Positions 1-14,576 are shown, counted from the first letter of the stretch. The stretch is 64,000 nucleotides of DNA from Lophium mytilinum (GCA_010093605.1 MU004192.1:1693464-1757463); one strand, 5' to 3'. Program-made: numbers and translations. The notes: generated from the sequence alone by a model not told the origin.

Positions 1-858
1 GTCATCAATCGAAGACTCAATATTATTGCTTTGCTCCTGCCCCAGTGAAGCATTGTAGCGTTGATTTCGCGATTTTTGGCCGTGGGGTCGATGGAAGCGA
101 GAATGGCAATTTGGGTCTTTGGGTCTTGTATCAGCTCATTCCTTGGAACTAATGAGTAGTCGTTGCGAGGATGCGGTTGCTTGCTATCTCGCTAACGTAT
201 GCGGGATGGTTTGTGCATAGATGGTGTGACCTCGTAGTGGGAACCTTGGTGAGTTTGGCAAACGAGATGACAAGCGTTGTTAGATTTGTGGCGTATTTAA
301 GATTTAGGGTTCGGATCTATCTCTTGATGTTGTATCCTGCGGTGATAGACTGGACTTCACTACGTCACAGGTACTCTCTTCAAAAGCCTTCGGGCATATA
401 TACTAATCCCGCCGATACTAAGGAAATGAAGAAGGGAGGGAGAGATTCAGAGGAAGTCAAGACTCCGAGGACCACTCGTTGCACATGGGTACGGTAGGGA
501 TCGTCGAGGCCCGCCCTCATCGCCGTGGCAATCCAAGTTGGTAAGAAAAAAGAAGACCGACTCATAAGCCAGAGCAGCCTCCCCTGATCCCTCGGAATGG
601 GAAGCCGGTGTTCTCAAGGCAACACGTGTGCAGGGCCATATGAGTGAATGTTGTGTGTTGTCAAGAGGCCGTCAACACTCGAATCTAGAACCGTCGACAT
701 CCCTTGCCAGGCTTGAGCCGCTTGCCACGGACGTCGCGTATAAAAACGTCCTCGAACCCAGGACCGACCTCCAGGAAACTTGTCCTCAAATCAGTATTTT
801 CACCATCGCCACCACCACCAATACCTCCGCAAATCACATTCCCCTCGATACTCTACCA

Positions 859-2645
859 ATGGCGCTTCACACTATTCCAAACGAGCTTCTTCTAGAGTTC
901 TCACGATGGCTTTCGGATCAACAGCTCAAGAACCTAGTTCAAACCCACCCGAATATACACATCTTTCTACAACCCGAATTGCACAAGCGTGCTATACGAG
1001 ATCGGTGCCAATGTGACCACGATTCCGCAGACTACCGAGGGGCATACGATCTAACCTGCGAGTATGAGCCGCCGTATGCACACACGTTCAAGCCAGCCCT
1101 GCATTGGGCAATAGCATGGGAGCGGCGTCGGCTTGTGGAGTATTTGGTCCGTCACAAGGTCGGTTGCAGAGTGGACGACGGACACTGGCCAGCCCTGGAC
1201 TGCCTAATCGACTCGATTGAACATCCAGCTTGCATGTCCGAAAACTACCCCACTGAGATTGTCATCTCGGTCTTGCAACACGCACAGCGGTTAGGCAAGA
1301 ACAGGAATATTTCGAAGAGCCAATTCACACGCTTGCTGGAAGACTGGTTGTGCCGCCACTGCCTATACCCACATTTTATAGGTTATTCCAGTTACATTCC
1401 GAAGCTTGAAGTCAAAGTTGTACGTCATTCTGAAGCTTGGCAAGGCATCGAACTATGATCGCTAATGTTCTGTAGGTGAAAATGTTGTTCCAGCTCGGAG
1501 TCCACCCGATGGATCCATCAAACTCAGGCGCGCATATGCCGTTCGCACCCCGGGTATCCACTACGTCTCCCATCCCTCACATGTTCAGAGTCCAGAACCC
1601 ACGGCTTCTGAGAATATTCATCAAGCATGGCGCGGATCTCAACTGGACCACGCCAGAAGGCGAAAACATTCTACACTTTGCCGTGAAAATGATGGACCAC
1701 GCCATGGTCAAGGCTCTTCTAGAGATGGGTATGGATGCAGATGTAGGAGGAAATAACAACCTTTTCAACCCACTGCATCGAGCGATCACAGGCGAGGACC
1801 ACGACAACTCTATTGAGAAACGGCGAATGATTGTGGAGCTGCTACTTGAGCACGGTGCCAACCCAAACATACCTTCACCGAGTAAGGAATTTGCGCTCCA
1901 CAAGATTCTAGCGAAATTCTACGGCGATAGCTACAAGGGGCTGAACCGGGATCATTTCGACGTCCTCGTGGCCCGATGCCAGCACATCAACGCACGCGAC
2001 ACCCAAGGAAAGACGGCGCTCCACATACTTATGGAGCAACGGAAGCGCGTGCGAAACAATGGAAGCTGTCTCTGGTATGCAAAGATACTCATTGAAGCCG
2101 GAGCAGATCCGTCATTGGTAGACAGCACCGGGTACCCTCCATTTCACTCTGGTATTCGGAAGTCCAAGTTCGGCATCGGCAACTTCACCATTACCCCTGA
2201 ATGGAGAGACCTTTGGTGGACCCCAAACGACATCTATCAGCGACTACATCTTGCCACCTACTATGCGTTAAAGCAGGGTAGGGTGGACTGGATCCCAGCG
2301 CGCGTGGTGTACCAGCAGGCATACTCCGAGCATGTTTTGAAAAAGTGTCCGGCCGCTTACGCTTGGCCCGCCTTACCGCATATTCGAGCAGAGACTGTTC
2401 AGATCTTTCTTGATGTGATGCACGCCTTGGGGTCCTTTCCTTGGAGAGGAGGGCCTGCGGGTGTGATGTTCCGCGCTTTCTGGGAGAAGCACCGAGAAGA
2501 AATCACTGCTCCTCTACCCCAATCCTATCAAGGCAATTACAACTATCGCGATTGGAAGGAGACGTGGGCTCATTGGCCAGCTTGGAACGTGGAGGAATGG
2601 GCAAAGTGGCGAGAGGATCAGGAGTGGATGCGTAACGATAGATAG
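859..2645 (+). CDS. F-box-like N-terminus + ankyrin-repeat protein (2 exons)
   Basis: ATG at 859 gives MALHTIPNELLLEFSRWLSDQQLKNL (F-box-like). Phase-0 intron 1420-1475 (GTACGT...GCTAAT...TGTAG). Exon 2 carries ankyrin motifs (GENILHFAV, NPLHRAI, LLEHGANPN, GKTALHIL, LIEAGADP). TATAAAA at about 739. Confidence 0.85.
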
Positions 2646-3956
2646 TCTGTGATGATGGCTCTACCCTGTTGCGTCATTCGGATTTCCGTGGCCTCTAGAT
2701 GTGTCTTAGTTCAAAGTTCGATGCCGGGCCTGCGAATCTCTGATTAGACAATGGGTCAGGACAGTTCTTTGAGCCTCTAGCTGAAATCAATGGTCTCGAA
2801 TTCATACCATAGGACAAATCAGCCTCCATTTGGCCTTCTCGGAGTAATAATAGCTCTGGCAGCGGTCGTCTATAATCGTGTCTTAACGTTCTCTATGTTA
2901 TCAAGTTAGGGACAGCATGCAACAAAGTTTGAGTATCAACTCACGTGAGCGAATAATCAGCGGAATACGATTCTTACAAGTGAGCTATATTGCGTCAACG
3001 AAACTGCGGTAGCACGAACGTTTCAGGTGACCTCAATGCCTTTAATGAACGAGTACTTAATGAATTCACGATCTCGATCTTCCCATGGCAGATTCCGTCC
3101 ACTTTTACGAAGTAGGGGTCTGCAGCACGTACTTATTCTTGATTCCCAGGCCTGCTAACTGGCACTCCCGACTCCTTTATTTCCAACCAGTATCTGAACC
3201 CCTTTCATTTGACACTTACGTAGTGACTAATACAGTCAGAGGACTGCGCCGGCTCACTTACGAAGTTTGAAAGTGTTCGCAATAGACTGTCAAGTACTTC
3301 TTTGCCCTATTAAGAATACTATACAAGGCAACCCCTTTGGAAAGTGCAAATTAAGCCAGCACTGATTCCTATTTGCCAGGACTCACAAGCTTGTTGCAGC
3401 CTAGGTCTGCGGCTTAACGTTGTCGCCAAATTTTGTATATATTTCTCGAAAGTTTTGACCTTTAATCCTTAATCTTTCCGTCTGTTGACAATAATCATGT
3501 GCTCATCAAACGCCGTAGACTGCACCGTCATAGCACGACCGTGGGGATGACGAAGATAAGGTCTACACGCGAGACTGCTGAATGAGTGAAGATCGCATTA
3601 AAAGGCTAGAGGTAGGATCCATGTCGACATCCAGTGCTCTTCGACCCTATTCTCTTTGAAAGTTTACCCAGGTTTCCAAATCACCCCTCCGCACCACCAC
3701 AGTCCTAGTACCGAGCACTCAATGGTCCCTTCTACCGTGCTTCGTCGAGCTGTAGAAACCCATAGCTCCAGGACAAACATTAACCGTCAACCTGCACCAC
3801 CTTCACTGCGTCCCTTCACCGTCATCAAGCCACCGCACCGCCACCTACCACCTCCGCTAACACCCTCTCCCCGTCTTCAACGCTTCAAAAGCCCCCAGCT
3901 CCACGCTTCAAAGCGTCTTCTGAGTGGCACCGTAGAACGGCCAAGGCAATAATTTC

Positions 3957-4325
3957 ATGACCCCACAAGAACCCCCTGAAATGTGCCTCCTCATCGCCCC
4001 TCTCCACAGCTGCCGCCACCGCCCCGAATTCCCCCTCTCTCACGAGCACAAACCTTCCTACATCTTCTGCAAAGGTGCGACGCGCTTGCCTAGGAGAAAG
4101 CCGTGTGCAGATACGATGACGAAAAAGAGGGAAACGGGGACATGGTGTCCGAATTGCGAGAGGTATCTTGTGGATAGTTTGAGGAGGATGGATATGCTGC
4201 AGCAGGCCGGGGATGGGGAGTTGGAGTTGTTCTTGGGGGAGCAGAGACAGAGGAGGAAGGCGAGGTATTGGAGGAGGTTGGCGCAGATGGAGATGGGAGA
4301 GGGGAGTGGGGAGGAGGGAGGGTGA
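3957..4325 (+). CDS. Small hypothetical Cys/His-containing protein
   Basis: 122-aa ATG ORF with spaced C..CxH..C..C..CPxC pattern, as seen in small fungal putative Zn-binding proteins; no family recognised. Confidence 0.5.
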   Translation: MTPQEPPEMCLLIAPLHSCRHRPEFPLSHEHKPSYIFCKGATRLPRRKPCADTMTKKRETGTWCPNCERYLVDSLRRMDMLQQAGDGELELFLGEQRQRRKARYWRRLAQMEMGEGSGEEGG

Positions 4326-5042
4326 GAGGGGAAGGGGAGAGTGGTGGAGATGCGGAATGGTGGCGTTGATCGTGTTGTTGGTGAGGAGGTGGTAATTTTT
4401 GAGGAAGTATGATGGAAAGATGGATGGGCATCTTGCCCTTGCCTAAACTTTCTTCATTTTAAAAACGCTATCACGCTTTACTCATCGGCATGGGAATATT
4501 TCGTCGCTGCTAGCAGGAGAAAGAATTTCGCAAGATCCTGTCAACTTTAGGTTGCGTGATGACGATAGCAACTATCAACTGGGGATGTTAGAGTAGTACC
4601 GGGAGTCTTGTAGTGTGGATGGCGAGGAAAGGTTCTAGCAACGCACAGAACCTAGGTAAATGGTCTTGCATGAGCTACGAGCATAAAATCTACCTGAGAG
4701 CGCGTCTATCAGCAGAAGGCCTAACCCTGCCTAGCAAGAGATTTTCTGTCAAGGAGGAGCAGCAAGGGTTACGCCATGTATATCTTACCTCTTTTACTTA
4801 GCCTCACCTTCTTTCATACTCCTTCTTCCGTACCCCCTCGTCATCTTCGTCCAATATAGCACGAATATAGCACGCATAGCTGTAACCTCTACTTCTCTTG
4901 TTACATGGTTAATTAGCCACCACTAGATAGTAGATATAAAACGCCTCAGTCTAAAGGCGTAGATGGAATTCGCTTATATATGAAGTATAGGAGTATCAAC
5001 CCTCTTCCTCTATCTCGACGTACATCCTACAAGAAAGAAACC

Positions 5043-7144
5043 TTACAACCTCGGAGTATCCTCAGCGTAATCCGTTACCGGCATCACAGTCTTGACATCA
5101 GTGTACGACATATAACCCGTGGTATCCCCGTTGTCCCGCTCTGCAACTGTGAATCCGCTTCCCAGGTATGACAGCGGCGCATCTTCTGGCAGCCAGGACT
5201 CGTAGTCGAAGTCTTCGTAGCGTGGGTTCTCCCAGCCGAAGTAGCCATGCATGGCGGAGCCGGGCCAGGAGGTGATGACGCGACCTTCGGGCTTGTTGCG
5301 CTTGAACCAGGTGAAGCACTGCATATAAACTTAGTAGGCTTCAGTAGATATTAGATGTGGGACACTAACGCTTTCAGACAGCACCGTGGTGCTCATGTGG
5401 TGATCAACTTGCTTTACCCATGCGTTGACTGCCTTTTGCCTGTGGTGTTGTGTCAGCAATGTTGAGCTATTCAACGCTAGGAGCTTGGTGGACGTACTTG
5501 ATGACCATCGATTTGATGTACTCGAGCTGTATCTTCTTGATGCACTTGATGATATACTTCGCAGCACCCTCGAACGTATGCACGATCGAACCAGCGAATG
5601 GCGCCGAGTTGGGTCCAAACATGATGAACAGATTCGGCATATCCGGTGCCGCGACTCCGAAGTATGCAACTGGATCGGGGTCCCAGGCTTGCTGTAGTGT
5701 GATGCCGTTTCGGCCGACGTAAGGAGTACTTCGGTTATCCATGTTCCTATGATCTTGTAAGCTTCCTTCCATGTCGACTTAACTGACACTGTAAATGGTG
5801 ACTTACTTATCGAACCCTGTCGCGCAAATGATTGCCTCGTACTCCCTCTCCACTCCGTCCGAGTCGATAAGGCCCTTCTCTGTGAACTCCTTTACAGCTT
5901 TTGGAATCAGATTCGCGTTCGGCTTGTTCAATGCCTCCAACCACGCCTGGCCCATAATAAGACGCCTACATCCTGGCGCATACTCCGGCATGAGCATATC
6001 AACGAGTTCGGGCTTATCTTTGCACGTCTGCCGCATGTTCTCCTTCAGCATCTCGCGAAATTGAGCGTTCATCTCCGTGCCTTTGAGCTGCACGGCTTGC
6101 ACCATGTTGCTCCATTGCTCTTGCTTCTTGCGGAAGGCGAGGTAAGCTTCGGGGTTGTTGCAGAAGAACTTGCGCTCCCATTTGGGGTGGTCGAAGTTCT
6201 TTTCTACGCCTCGCTCAGCCAGCTCCTGGAAGTTAGTACCTCCTCCCGGTGGCACCCAAACTTTTCCGCGGACGTAGTGGTCGAGATGTTTGACGATGGG
6301 TTGGATGGCGGGAGTGATCTGGACACCTGTGGATCTGCGGAGGCTGGATTAGCAAAAGTCAGACGTTGAGAGTGATACGGATATTTCTCACCCGTATCCA
6401 ACAACCGCAACGTTCTTTCCGGTAACATCGTAGCTGTCGTCCCAGTTGGCCGTATGCACCATATGACCCTTGAACTTCTCACGCCCGGGAACGTTTGGCC
6501 ATTCCCACGCGTTCACAAAGCCGGTGGCTTTGATGAGAATATCGGCCCAGTCAGTTTTAACCTGGGATGGCATATGTAATTAGCTTCTGCTTTAAGCTGT
6601 ATCCCATTATATGGATGTTACTTACAGTGCCGTCCTCTAGGTTCAAAACCTGGACCTCCCATTGGCCGATATCTGCGTGCCACTTTGCGGACTCGAACTT
6701 GTGGCCAAACTTTACATACTTGTAGACGTCGAATTGCTTAGAGACGTCGATGAGGTACTGCTCGAATTCCTTGCCGGGTGGGTAAAAACGCGACCAATTC
6801 GGGTTGCTAGCGAAAGTGTATTGGTATGTGTGCGGGGTAAGATCTGGCTGGACTCCGGGGTAGTGGTTCTCGAACCTTTAATCGTTAGATGGATTGTATG
6901 GGAAACGCAAACTTCTGCCATCATACCAAGTTCCTCCAACCTCCGAATTCTTCTCGTAGATCACCAAATCCAGATTCGGTATCGCTTGGGGGAACAGAGC
7001 TCCAACAGTAATACCGCACATTCCAGCACCAATGCAGATGACTTTCATACGTCGATAGTCATCCACGGGGCGGTACTGTGGGTCCGGGGGAAGTGGATTG
7101 GCGCCATCGGGCAACTGCATGGGGTTGTATGCTGGGACGGCCAT
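5043..7144 (-). CDS. Baeyer-Villiger / flavin-containing monooxygenase (multi-exon)
   Basis: N-terminal FAD motif VICIGAGMCG...EKNSEVGGTW, BVMO fingerprint FKGHMVHTANWD, second Rossmann VAVVGYG, PGCRRL, ICATGFD, MPNLFIMFGPN; several short GT-AG introns join the ORF fragments. Confidence 0.92.
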
Positions 7145-7860
7145 CTTGGAAATACTGGTCTTCTCTACCAGCTCTATCACGGATCCAAAGAGTGTTCGAA
7201 AAGCAGTTACAAAAATCAAAGAGGAATTGATTCAGCGAAATGCAGAAGCTACCCTTGCTTTAAAGGCGCGTCCGCAAGCTAGCTCCACCCGCCTTCACGT
7301 GCCTCCTCCACCACCGCATCCCAGATCCCGCTCGGCACAGCTAGGTTCAGGACCTTCGCCGCACCGCGGGTAGCTCCTCAGACCCAAGTGCGGAATGAAG
7401 GTGTTCATGATGCTCGACTGACCGCGGATCGCGTCCAACCGGTCAGCCGAGCCCGCAGCTCCAAGCGATGCGCTAGAGCTGTACCGGGCTCGGAATGCTC
7501 AGATGCCGATATAGAAACCATACATCCGGCGGGGCCCCAGGTTTATTTTTCTGAGAAGACGGGCCCGCACGCCAGAAGGTTAGCTGCTCAAGCGACGGGT
7601 GTGGCTGTAATCTAGATCGCAAACCGGGAATTAGATTTGAACTGTATGCCGAGTAGCCTACCTCCCGGACGGACCCTGCATGCTTCAGTCGCCGCGAACT
7701 CAGTGAATCGGATTTTTATTCCAGCGGTACGGAGCTGGGATCGCTTTTGGAAAGTGGTTCTTGGCTAGGACTCGAAATTCGAGCGGGCGGTTCTTTGCCC
7801 AGAGGTTTCACGGACACAGTTTAAACCACCCACCCCGGATCACGCCTCGGACTCTGGAGA

Positions 7861-9726
7861 ATGTCGCGCGATGCTGAAGAGAAGCCTTCCAAGGAGTTCA
7901 ACAGTGTTGCTTCCATTGCCTTGACGGAGGTGGAGAAACCGGCTTTGGATGATCCCGAGGGTCGAGAATTGGACATTGAGAAACAGGAGCCAAGAGAGAC
8001 TCTGGAAGAGAAGCAAGATGGCCCTGTCGAAGTGAACAACAACATCGTGGACTGGGATGGGGACAATGATCCAGAGAATCCACGGAATTGGTCGAAGGGG
8101 AAGAAGTTGCTGAATGTTGGGATCATTTCAGCATCGTCTCTTACTTCGTACGTTTACAGGACCACTACTGGTCTAAGCACCTCAATTACTGCCATGGCGA
8201 CTGACAACATACCTATCAAGTCCCCTAGCATCCTCCATGGTCGCGCCGGGTGTGAAGGCTCTCATGGCCGAGTTCCACAGTGACAGCAAATTATTATCAT
8301 CATTCACTGTTTCATGTTACATCCTAGGATTTGCCATGGGGCCCTTAGTGTAAGCTCCATATAATTTGCACGAGCTCTGCATTGATCACTTGATTGACTT
8401 TTCAAAGACTAGCTCCTCTATCAGAACTTTACGGAAGACGCAAGGTCTACTTGTTAGCATGGCTCATGTCATTTGGTTTTACTCTTGGTTGCGCCAAAGC
8501 TCCCTCACTTGGGGCATTTATCGTGTTTAGAGTGCTAGCAGGCTGCGGAGGTGTCGTCGCCCAGGTGAATGGAGGTGGAACTATAGTCGATGTATATGAC
8601 GTTCATCAACGAGGGGCCGCAATGTCTATCTTCGCTATGGGGCCTCTACTCGGTCCCGTGATAGGACCTATCGGGGGTGGATTTCTAGCTGAAGCGAAAG
8701 GATGGAGGTGAGATTCCTACCCCAGTCCTTCAAGATCCTGCTGACCAGTGGTTCATAGATGGGTGTTTTGGTTCCTAACTATCCTTTTCGGTGTATCAAC
8801 TGTCCTTGGCGCGCTGTTTCTACGCGAAACTTATGCTCCGACATTGCTCGAGAACAAGACGAAGCGGCTGATCAAAGAAACCGGCAATCGGAACCTCGAG
8901 TCCAAACTTGCCATCAAAAAGACGCCTAAAGATATCTTCTGGACCGCCATAAGGCGCCCAATGACGATGTTATTCCATGATCCTATTGTGGCTATTCTAT
9001 CAATGTACGTCTAATGAGCCCCTTTTGTGACATCCAATTTTCATTATATCATCTGACCATCTTTCTAGTTATATCGCAATCATCTTCGCGTTCTTATACC
9101 TCCTCTTCGCCACGTTCCCCACCGTCTTCGCGCAACAGTACCATTTCAACACCGGTATCCAAGGTCTCGCATACATCGGAATGGGCGTGGGTAATTTGGC
9201 CGGCGCCGTCTTGACAGCGTTCACAAGCGATCGGATATCCATTGCCCTAGCTAAGAAACACGGCGCGCCTAAGGCTGAGTTCCGACTCATCACGGTGATG
9301 ATGACGTGTTGGGCATGCCCTATCGGGCTGTTCTGGTACGGCTGGGCAACCGAGACAAAAGTCCATTGGATTGTTCCGATCATGGGGACCGCTCTCTTTG
9401 GGCTGGGGCTTTTTGGTACTATGGTGAGATTGTGTATTGATTCTCCAGATTCTCAAGAACTAATCACCTACATGCAGATGCCGATACAGACGTATTTGAT
9501 TGATTCGTACAAACGATACGCTGCGTCAGCTCTCGCGGCGTCAACGTTGCTTAGATCGCTGCTTGGCGCGCTCTTACCTCTCGCGGGACAAAATCTGTAT
9601 ATCAAGCTTGGGTATGGGTGGGGAAACTCCGTGCTGGGGTTTATTGGGGTTGCGATGCTGCCTTTCCCGTTTCTGTTCTATCGATACGGCGAGGCGATAA
9701 GAACTAGGTTCAAGAGGGAGTATTAA
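7861..9726 (+). CDS. MFS transporter, DHA1 (drug:H+ antiporter 1) type
   Basis: [65 protein letters not shown] motifs; hydrophobic helices across spliced exons. Confidence 0.93.
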
Positions 9727-10010
9727 GATTTAAAGCAGAAACCGAAAAGCGGCTGCACACAGATTAGATTGTCAAATACGTGGGGGCTAAACTCAAGATA
9801 TATATAGATATGCACGGCCTCATAGATTGGACGTGATGTCGGAATCTTAGCAGACGGATTCCTAATAACAAAAGCGTGATACTCCTATAACTTGAGATTT
9901 TATCATCACATACACGAAGAACACGAAATCTGTGTACTGGAATCATAACTGCAAGGCAAGAAATTGAAGCGCAATGAAGCATGTGTTCTGCGATATTTAT
10001 GTTCGAACAA

Positions 10011-11741
10011 CTAGTGTACCTGTGCATCGCCGGCCTTGTAGTAATGCAGGACCTGGAGATCGCAGTACGTTTTGATAGCCCCTGGTCCACCCTCAACACC
10101 GATACCACTTTCCTTGTGGCCGCCGAAGGGAATCTTGATGGAAACCTTCTCCATACTGTTAATGTGAACACTTCCAACATCCAGCTGCTTCGCGATTCGT
10201 GTGGCCTGCTCTAAGTCGTTGGACCAGACGCTGGCGCCCAATCCCATTTCCGAGTCGTTCGCAAGCTCAATCACCTCCTCTTCCGTCGACCAGGGCATAC
10301 TTGGCACAATCGGTCCCTATATCATATGTCAGCAATAAGACAAGTAAGGATATACTCGAAGACTTACAAATTGCTCCTCAGTGACGATCCTAGAATTGGC
10401 TGGAGGCTGATCCACGATGGTCGGCTCAAAGAAGAACCCCTTCTTGTCGATGACTGCCCCATTGCCAATCGTCTTATATCCGTGGGTCTTCGCGTCATCA
10501 AAGATGCTCTTGACTTTGTTATATTGCATCTCGTTCTGAACGGGACCAATGGTCACACCCTCTGCATCACTGGCTCCGACTTTGAAACTCCGCGCAGCCT
10601 TCGCTATGGCTTCGAGGAACTGTGGATAGATGTCTTCGTGAATGTAGATTCGCTTCGTTCCCGCGCACACTTGTCCCGTGTTGAAGAAAGCACCCAAGAT
10701 AACCTGAGGAGCGGCTTTCTCGATATCGACGTCTTTGCAGACGATCGTAGCGTCATTACCTCCACTGGCCTGTCATTAGCTATATGTTCCACCACAGGAT
10801 TTAAGGATATCTTACAGCTCAAGGGTGACTCTCTTCAGAGTCTTCGCCGCCGATTCCGCGATTTTCTTACCTGTCGCAACCGAACCAGCGAATGATATCT
10901 TTGCAATACCAGGGTGAGTAGTCAGGAGCGGGCCAAGGCTATCGTTCCCGTTCAGCACCGAAAGAACGCCTGGGGGCAGGATTCCCTGAGCAATCTCGAC
11001 TAGCTTCAAGGCTGAATAAGGCGAGAACGGCGAGGGTTTTACGATGACTGTGTTTCCAGCCATCAGACCAGGGAGGAACTTCATCGTTGCCTGTCCAAGA
11101 GGATCTGCAAGTTGTTTAGCCATTGACGACCACTTCGATTAAGATTTGATGTTAGGAAGTCGCATACAGTTCCAAGGGCATATAGCAGCCACCACGCCCA
11201 AGGGCTGATATCTCAGAACATATTCTCGGTCTTCGCCTTGGACTGTTTCGTCTTCAAGCCTCAAGTTTGCTGATTTGATTAGTTCGGAATCTTTAATCGA
11301 GAATTCCGGCCACATGGCAACTCACTGAAGAACTCAAAAGCTTCAGCACAGGCGTATTGTGCTTCATGGTGAGCGAATCCTTTCTGTCGTATATCGTGAG
11401 AAGTGCAACCTTTGAATGTTGGAAGTTTCACGAACCGGCTTGCCGATCTCCTTCATGACCAAATCTCCGAGGTCTCCAAGATATGGCTTGATGGCCTCTG
11501 CATATTTCTTCAAGAGAACCGATCTCTCATCCATGGCTGTTTTGCTCCATGATTTGAAGGCAGTCTTTGCGGCCTGGATCGTTTCCTCAATGTCCTCGGG
11601 GCTCGCGATGGGAACATCCCATAGATCCTGTTGAGTCGAGGGGTTGAAACCGTGCAGGAATTCCTTGCTGCTTCGCTTCTCGCCGTTGACGATGTTGTAG
11701 AACTGAGTGAAGTCAACGTCGGTCGTCCTCGCGGGTGCCAT
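10011..11741 (-). CDS. Aldehyde dehydrogenase
   Basis: ICPWN, KPSPFSP, FAGSVATGK, LEL/GG, catalytic Cys in NTGQVCAGTKR, EEQFGP, PFGGHKESGIG. Confidence 0.95.
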
Positions 11742-12367
11742 GATGAACAAGAATCTCCCAGATTTCTTTCAGATCCAAAGTCTCAAAGATATCTATTTGT
11801 AGTAAATATACAAGGCAGGTATAAGGTCCAAGCCTTCAATATGTTGACTGGTTTTAGAGTAGAAACGGAGTTTAGAGTGCGATCACAAGTCCGGCTGAAT
11901 CAGAGGAGGCAAATGGCCAATGAATACAGTACTTTCGCGTTCTATGCGAATTTGCAAACTATGGTTGTGTCTGCTTAATGTTGTATTCATGTTCGGGTCC
12001 GGGTACGCTGGCTTCCTCGTGGTTCCGATATTCCACCGGCTGTCGTCCTCTTCCAGCATTGGTGCTCGGCCCGCTACCATCGTACTGGGTCCTCACAAAC
12101 TACACTCCAAACACCCCTCTTTCACCCCGCATTTCTAAGCACTAGAATTATGGAGGCCATATCGGATAAAACGGATCGACTTCGGTCTAGGGTCGGCCAG
12201 CCATGGCGAATTCGATGTCACGTGTGGCGGAATAAGTTCGCGGAATGGCGCAAGCAGGACTACATATAGAGCGAGACGAATGCCATGGCTATTAGATATT
12301 TTGCGCAAGCTCGTGATTCACTTCAAGATATTCCCAGTCAAAATATCCATACCAGAACCTTTTCAAA

Positions 12368-13350
12368 ATGGCCGATAGCTGGACTCATCTCGTGCGGTTC
12401 TACCACAATGGAATCCCTACCTTTGGTCACTTGGTCGATTCATATGATGGCGGAGACCTTCCGGATACATTCAAGGTGAAGGTCGCGACCGGTGATCCAG
12501 TGAATGCGACCATCAAGTACACTGGTGAAACCGTGGAAGTGGTGAAGGTGGATCTCCTCGCGCCGCTTGCGAACGTCCCCATTGTCATCAACGTTGGCCT
12601 GAACTACAGCGATCACATTGAAGAGTCGCAATTCCATCTTCCGGTATGAATTCTAGGTGCTATTGCACGTCTAACAATACTCATTCCTACCAGGATCTTG
12701 CCGCCCCAATTCCTTACATTTTCTACCGACCCACCGAGTCGCTCGCTGCGCCCTTCAAGGAGAACCACAGGGTGTACAAGGTGCAACAAGAATGTCTCGA
12801 CTACGAAGGCGAGATGGTGTTCCAAACCGACAGGTTTCCACTCAGGGATATCTCAGTTGAGGAAGCGTCGAAGCACATCATTGGTTTCACAGTCGGAAAC
12901 GATTTCTCTCCCCGTCCTGGCAAAGTGCTCGGCAAGATGAACTTCATCTACTCGAAAGCTTTTGATGACTGGACTCCAGCTGGGCCAGTGCTCGTGCACC
13001 CGAGCGTGGTTGGAGACCTGCCGCACCTTGATCTGAAAACAACCGTGAACGGAAAGGTGAAGCAGTCGAGCAACACCAAGAACATGATCTTCAATGTTGC
13101 CGAGATTCTATCGAACATGTCTGTTGGACATACTGTTGCTCCCGGAACTGTCGTTTTCTCTGGGTAAGATGTTCCACTGCGAGTACTGGTTGGTTGATTA
13201 CTGACTTCATACAGAACCTGCTCCGGTGGTGAATGGTTTGCGGCCCAGGGTAAGGGAGGTTACCAATCTGGATTGGTAGACGGAGATGTTGTTGAGGTCG
13301 AGGTTGCTAAGCTCGGCAAGATCCGCACTAGGGTCGTGCTCGACAAATAG
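12368..13350 (+). CDS. Fumarylacetoacetate hydrolase (FAH) family protein
   Basis: VGLNYSDH, LDYEGE, GFTVGNDFS, KAFDDWTPAGP, NMIFNVAEILS, GTVVFSG/T; two introns; stop TAG at 13348-13350. Confidence 0.92.
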
Positions 13351-13743
13351 ATGCATCTATCTGAAGGAAGTTGAGAAAGCGTGATCGCGGATGTTATCAA
13401 ATAGCTCAAGATGAGCTGCAAATCAATGAACGGGACTATGACCCCAATTCATACTGATATATGAAACGTTTCCGCTGCCATAAAAGCTAGAGAGCGTGAA
13501 GATGTTGAGTGTCTTCAACGTTAGGCATGTGCTGCTCACGTGACTGTTAATACGATTTGGATGGTACTGAGCACTTTAAATAAGGGGTTTGAAAGCAGCT
13601 GCCCGCGAGTACGGACTCCGGAATCGACGAAGCCGACTACTCACATGATCTCTGCATTCTTAGCTGGAAGTTCGTCCGGCATCAAGTTGAGCGAACATAT
13701 ACACCTTTCCATGTGAACTTTCGACGCAGAACATCAAGCGCCA

Positions 13744-14576
13744 ATGGCGACCACATCAATCCAAGACCTCTTCGAGACCATTCGAAAGGCGTTTCCAGAA
13801 TCGCTTCCTCAGGATTCTTGGTATATCATAGTCGTAACTCACGCCCTTTCCAGAGCTCAAGTTGCGCACTCCGCCTAACATGCCCAGGCATCAGCTCTAC
13901 TAGCAACAGATGGCGGGGAACACTTCGCAGCTCTTTATAAATACGCCCTCGATCAACTAGGGCCTGGCTCTAGCAGCGAAGCACGAAAGAACGTATCTCG
14001 TCGTCTCCGCGAAGTCATTATCAAGACATGGACGCTCATAGGCCTTCCTAAGGTCTTCCCAGCATACTACTCACTTGCCAGCGCTGAAGCCCCCGGAGAT
14101 GCTGCCGCAGACTTCGAGAGATCTGAGCGCCGAGCGAATCTGCATCCAGACCAAGTAACAGCACGGTCTCAGGATTGGCTTAAGAGGGAGCTCGCAGAGG
14201 ATGGGGAAGCGGTCATGAAGTCGCTTTCTGCGAACCCGGACCTGGGTAGGAGTATCCTCGAAGTCAATAGTCTGAATCACTGAACTGACTCGTGATGGAT
14301 ATAGCTTGGACCATTAAGTTCATTCAGTACGGCTACTTCTTCGCTGATACTTCTGTTTTGGACACTATTGAGAACGAGTTTTGCATCCTCGCGGCTCTGA
14401 TGGGCTCGGGAGCAAAGATGGCCATGTTCGCGCATATGAAGAGTTTGAGAAGACTAGGAGCTTCAAAGTCTGAGGCAGAAGCTTTCCAGGACGTTGTGGT
14501 CAAGGTTGCTGCGTTTCAGGGGACGGACAATAGCTCGTGGCATCGATTCGACGAGGTTGAGGAATTTTTCGAATAG
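13744..14576 (+). CDS. AhpD / carboxymuconolactone decarboxylase-like protein (3 exons)
   Basis: Spliced product MATTSIQDLFETIRKAFPESLPQDSWYIIV..RRLREVIIKTWTLIGLPK..YGYFFADTSVLDTIENEFCILAAL..HMKSLRRLG resembles the fungal all-helical AhpD-like family; canonical introns near 13833-13887 and 14246-14304. Confidence 0.7.

Noticed and set aside
628..858. Upstream extension of the first ankyrin ORF given by the ORF track
   Set aside because: Contains the TATA-like element and has no counterpart in the paralog; ATG 859 aligns with the paralog's start region.
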